From positions 17,331,615-17,395,614 of the forward strand of contig CAVNZM010000002.1 in the NCBI GenBank assembly GCA_963693365.1: a stretch of DNA of 64,000 nt. The letters are read 5' to 3'. Each line of letters opens with the position of its first letter. Position 1 is the stretch's first letter. The notes below the pieces were generated by a model. The model made no database searches. It was given only the letters and a program-made list of their open reading frames with translations, and was not told where the DNA came from. Both the position numbers and the translations under genes were made by a program. This document shows positions 55,831 to 64,000 of this stretch, one piece after another. The DNA is from Amoebidium appalachense. Lineage: Eukaryota; Protista; Ichthyosporea.

Positions 55831-57129
55831 CACTCTACCTATAGCAAGACATACTATTTGATATACTGACGTTGAAAATTCAGGGCTGACTCAACATGGA
55901 TCTACTTCTTTGCTGAATCACCCGCAGCCCGCATTCAAATAGAACCGCAGCACCGCCCAAATATGGTAATCGGGTCAGCCAATCAGAGGCTGCAGCATGT
56001 GCCGCTTTGTAAGTGGCAGGGGTACCTTTACTATGGTTGCAGTATATACACATCAGATTCGCCTTGGTTTCTCGCTTGTCCCTTATAAAAATCATGCCCG
56101 CTTCTTTTTAAAGAAATTATGTTGTGGCTGAGATGATACGTTATAAACGATTCGATTTTTGTCCAAGTAGTCAAGGCTGGAATCAGCGGTTTCCTCAGAA
56201 GTATTGTTTTCAGACCTCCTGCTTTGTCCTTTAAAGTCTTTGCTTATGTAGCAGATGCTGAATCCGATACTATTGAATTAATGAGTACGAACTTTTGTCT
56301 CATTTTACTCCTATTGGCAATGCCATTTGAAAAGTTTGGCATGATTCCGGAGCTAGAAATCTATAAAACTTCTCTTGCTGCCCCCTTGATTTTTCCTCTT
56401 AGTACTATCCTAATCAGGCTGCTCGGCACTTTAAAATTCAACCTGCTAATTTAGGTAGATGATATGAACGCCGGGCGATAGAGTCACGTATATCTCTTCA
56501 AGGAGACATACCAGATTTTAATCGTTGAACAGATCTAGTCAAAAGAACAAGAAAAAAAAGCTCGAAAAAAGCCACCAGAGCATCACATGCAGAACTGCAG
56601 GTTGTACACATCATGAGGGTTGCTATGATCCTGGGGGGTTTCTGCTGTTTACTCGAGGCACAGAGAGACCGGATCAACTCATTCGTGGCGCATTTCATGA
56701 TCAATTCTATTAAAATTTAACTTTGCCAATCTACGATTCAAAGGCTGGATGAGATCTCTCTGCTAGTGGTCCCAAGCACGGCCTCTGTGCACGTTGTATA
56801 CACGTGTGTGCAAACCAGTCGGAGACCCATGGCAACCGGCATGAATTGTATTAAAGCATCGCTGAGTTCGTCCCGTAGATGTTTCTTTCCTCGAGTCCCC
56901 CTCCCCCCCTCCCGGGCCTCCCGCGGTGGCAAATTATTGACTGGATATATGTATGTTAACGTTGTTAGCTTGAACCTCCCGATCCCAGAGATCCCCCCTC
57001 CCCCCCCCCCCCCCTGCCCGCCCCCCACCACCACCAACACACACCGTGACACCCGTGCATAACCATACGTGACCCACCCACACACACACACACACGCGTC
57101 GCACACACACACACACACATCACGCACAA

Positions 57130-57183
<54 letters not shown>

Positions 57184-57469
57184 GCACGAACGCACACACG
57201 CATACGTGCCCGCAAAGACATTGTCAGGCACACAAACACGTGTTTAAATGCCCTTCAAACGCGACTGGTCACGGGTGGTGACGTCACGTACAGCGATTTT
57301 CGTGTTCGTGTTGCAAAACGTATCTCATTCCAGGGCTTGAAAAATTTTCTGTACAACTTATCATACATACAAGCAACGCCGGGATTTTCCAATTCCCGGT
57401 AGCAATACATACTGCTGCCTCAGGTTAAAAAATGTTACTGTTCTGTTTATTTACCTATATTAACTTCAT

Positions 57470-58818
57470 TTTTTTTTTTTTTTTTTATCCCGTTTCACTC
57501 CCGGAGGCACTGCCTAAGGGGAGCTAACGTCTTCCACAGTAGACACACGAATGTGCTCTCTACATAGTGCAACTATAAGTCAGGATACATAATCCCGACT
57601 GTCACTACATATTCTGGCAATTCTTAGCCCACGGGGTTGCCGCAGTCACGCTAGTGGGGATTGAGCAAACTCACTTCAACCAACACCTAGCCAGGAGTGA
57701 CCCGGGGGAAAATAAAAGGGTATAAGCAAGAAAAAATGTTCGGAAAGTTAGAAACAATACAATAAGACGAAGCAGTGTGTTCGTGCTGCTCTGCATGGTG
57801 GAAAAGAAAGAAAGAAGAGCAGTGTGTTGGTGCTGCTCGGCATGGTAGAAGACTAGAGCAGGGTGTTGGTGCTGCTCGGCATGGTAGAAGACACTAGAGC
57901 AGGGTGTTGGTGCTGCTCGGCATGGTAGAAGACAATAGAGCAGGGTGTTGGTGCTGCTCGGCATGGTAGAAGACACTAGAGCAGGGTGTTGGTGCTGCTC
58001 GGCATGGTAGAAGACACTAGAGCATGGTGTTGGTGCTGCTCGGCATGGTAGAAGACACTAGAGCAGGGTGTTGGTGCTGCTCGGCATGGTAGAAGACTAG
58101 AGCAGGGTGATGGTGCTGCTCGGCATGGTAGAAGACACTAGAGCAGGGTGTTGGTGTTGCTCGGCATGGTAGAAGACACTAGAGCAGGGTGATGGTGCTG
58201 CTCGGCATGGTAGAAGACACTAGAGCAGGGTGATGGTGCTGCTCGGCATGGTAGAAGACACTAGAGCAGGGTGTTGGTGCTGCTCGGCATGGTAGAGGAC
58301 ACTAGAGCAGGGTGTTGGTGCTGCTCGTCATGGTGGAAGAAGACAGCATGAAGTTCGTGCGGCCTATTGGTATTCTTATGTTTTTCTAGAGTTTTTGACG
58401 CTTTAGTAAATTTCGTTTTTCCTGACAAAGTGCCCATGTCGCAAAACTAATAACTCGTGTTGTACTAGTCCTACGGCAACGGCTCAAACACGGCCATGTT
58501 GCCAGCGTTTGGCTCTATGCAATGGTGTGCATGCCGCCCCTTGTGCGTAAATGTGGTGGAGTGTGGATGCAGCGGCGCACGGCCGTTTACGAAACACGTG
58601 TCGTGTTTTGTGCCTGGTCGCGATGGCCCTGTGCGTGTTAAAATTTAAGAGAATAGGAATGTGCAAAATACGCATCTTGATTGGTTGCATTTTATCTGAT
58701 GAGCCCGGAGTGGCGATCTTATTGGATAGTTAACTGCTATTTTTAAGGAATCATACTGTTTGTTCACCGATCACATATGGTTTTGATGTGATCGGGAGCC
58801 CGACATGGCGCGACTCAA
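57470..58818 (-). mobile_element. Non-autonomous composite retroposon: unique 5' part + 41-bp VNTR + LINE-related 3' end + poly(A)
   Basis: 14-bp TSD tatattaacttcat at 57456-57469 and 58819-58832; T-run (poly(A) on minus strand) at 57470-57486; terminal atcccgttt...cccggagg...cgtcttccac resembles the LINE 3' ends at 11431 and 46016. Confidence 0.8.
57777..58345. repeat. 41-bp tandem array, 14 units
   Basis: Unit gtgttggtgctgctcggcatggtagaagacactagagcagg; two 39-bp variants and degenerate end units; no spacers. Confidence 0.97.
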
Positions 58819-59331
58819 TATATTAACTTCATGCTAGTCCGCTATTATCCAGCTGTAATCGAAGTTTAAAAAACATCAGTAATGTAGCAATACTGAACGC
58901 ACAGACTCTAGACCCTGTCGACGTTGATGACGTCACAAATAAAGACTAAAATTTCAAGCCCTTCGAACTTACGCGTGGACGGACTCTCGCCTAGACCTCT
59001 TACTTTCCGCTTTCTCGTTCTTTTGTTGTGTGTGTTTTTTGGTTTTTGTTGGCTTCTGTGCTCTTTGTTAGCCGTGTTGGCTGATACGAAATATTTAATC
59101 AATCGCGTTTCATTTGCACCACTCCCATTTCATTTTACAGTAACTCGAAACACAATGACCCATGATCAGTAGTGCCTGGGCCGGCTTAGGATCGTCACTT
59201 TCCTTCCCTCTACCTTGACCGATAGTTTTCGTTGTGTTACTCCACCGTGCCGTGCGCGAAATGCGTTGTTTGGTTTAGACCAGTCTTTTACTTGTAAATA
59301 TAACAGGTCTCCACCAGCAATTCCAGAAAAA

Positions 59332-63700
<4,369 letters not shown>

Positions 63701-64000
63701 TTATGGTGTGCCTGTCAAGTTGGCAGTAGCCGTGCTTCGTACTGCAAACGCCACGACTGCTTATTTTGTTCTCTTCGTTAGTATGGTTTACTTTGTACGT
63801 GTGTCCTCCTAAGCCCCCCCCCCCCCCCCCCCCCACCCCCCCCTCCCCCCCCCCACAACTCCACCCCCCAAATTATTTTTTGCAGACGCACGAACACACA
63901 TTTCTTGCTATAGGCCTTCTTCTGAGTCTTCTGCTCCCCCAATCACCTCGTCTTAAACTCATCCTGAAGAGCCACATACCTCCCCCCCCCCCCCTCCCCT

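Noticed and set aside
57777-58345. CRISPR-like array
   Set aside because: Units are directly adjacent with no unique spacers, there are no cas genes, and the context is eukaryotic.
58696-58730. Hammerhead ribozyme (ctgatga-gcc-loop-ggc-ga)
   Set aside because: GAAA is replaced by GATC, no stem III or cleavage triplet forms, and it is antisense to the element.
58755-58818. HDV-like ribozyme at the 5' end of the composite element
   Set aside because: Only one hairpin (ccgatcacat/atgtgatcgg) is evident; I could not build P1-P3 and the catalytic C is absent.

Overview
Eukaryotic, intron-rich genomic DNA, probably a unicellular opisthokont/holozoan (inferred from the gene set). Introns are saturated with (CA/TG)n, poly-G/poly-C and (GA)n tracts, so most ORFs in the supplied track are artefacts. 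Splice-aware reading supports six genes: a cyclin Y-like gene (+), a BAR-PH-RhoGAP of the GRAF/oligophrenin type (-), an intronless and probably GPI-anchored RNase T2 (+), a secreted beta-helix protein with GGA(I/L/V)/FxxN repeats (-), a standalone Lon N-terminal-domain protein (+), and the 5' part of a possible MOV10/SDE3-like helicase (+). Mobile DNA is abundant. An RNase H-encoding non-LTR retrotransposon family has three 5'-truncated copies with target-site duplications (TSDs), one internal fragment and a conserved structured 3' UTR. A TSD-flanked, poly(A)-tailed non-coding element combines a related 3' end with a 14-unit 41-bp hairpin array (SVA-like architecture). A second four-copy repeat family sits in G-rich tracts and may be Penelope-like. 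Several MITEs (PIF/Harbinger-like, piggyBac-like, nested) and a tRNA-like element are also present. No CRISPR, rRNA or TnpB/Fanzor signal was seen. All calls are from manual reading; no searches were run.
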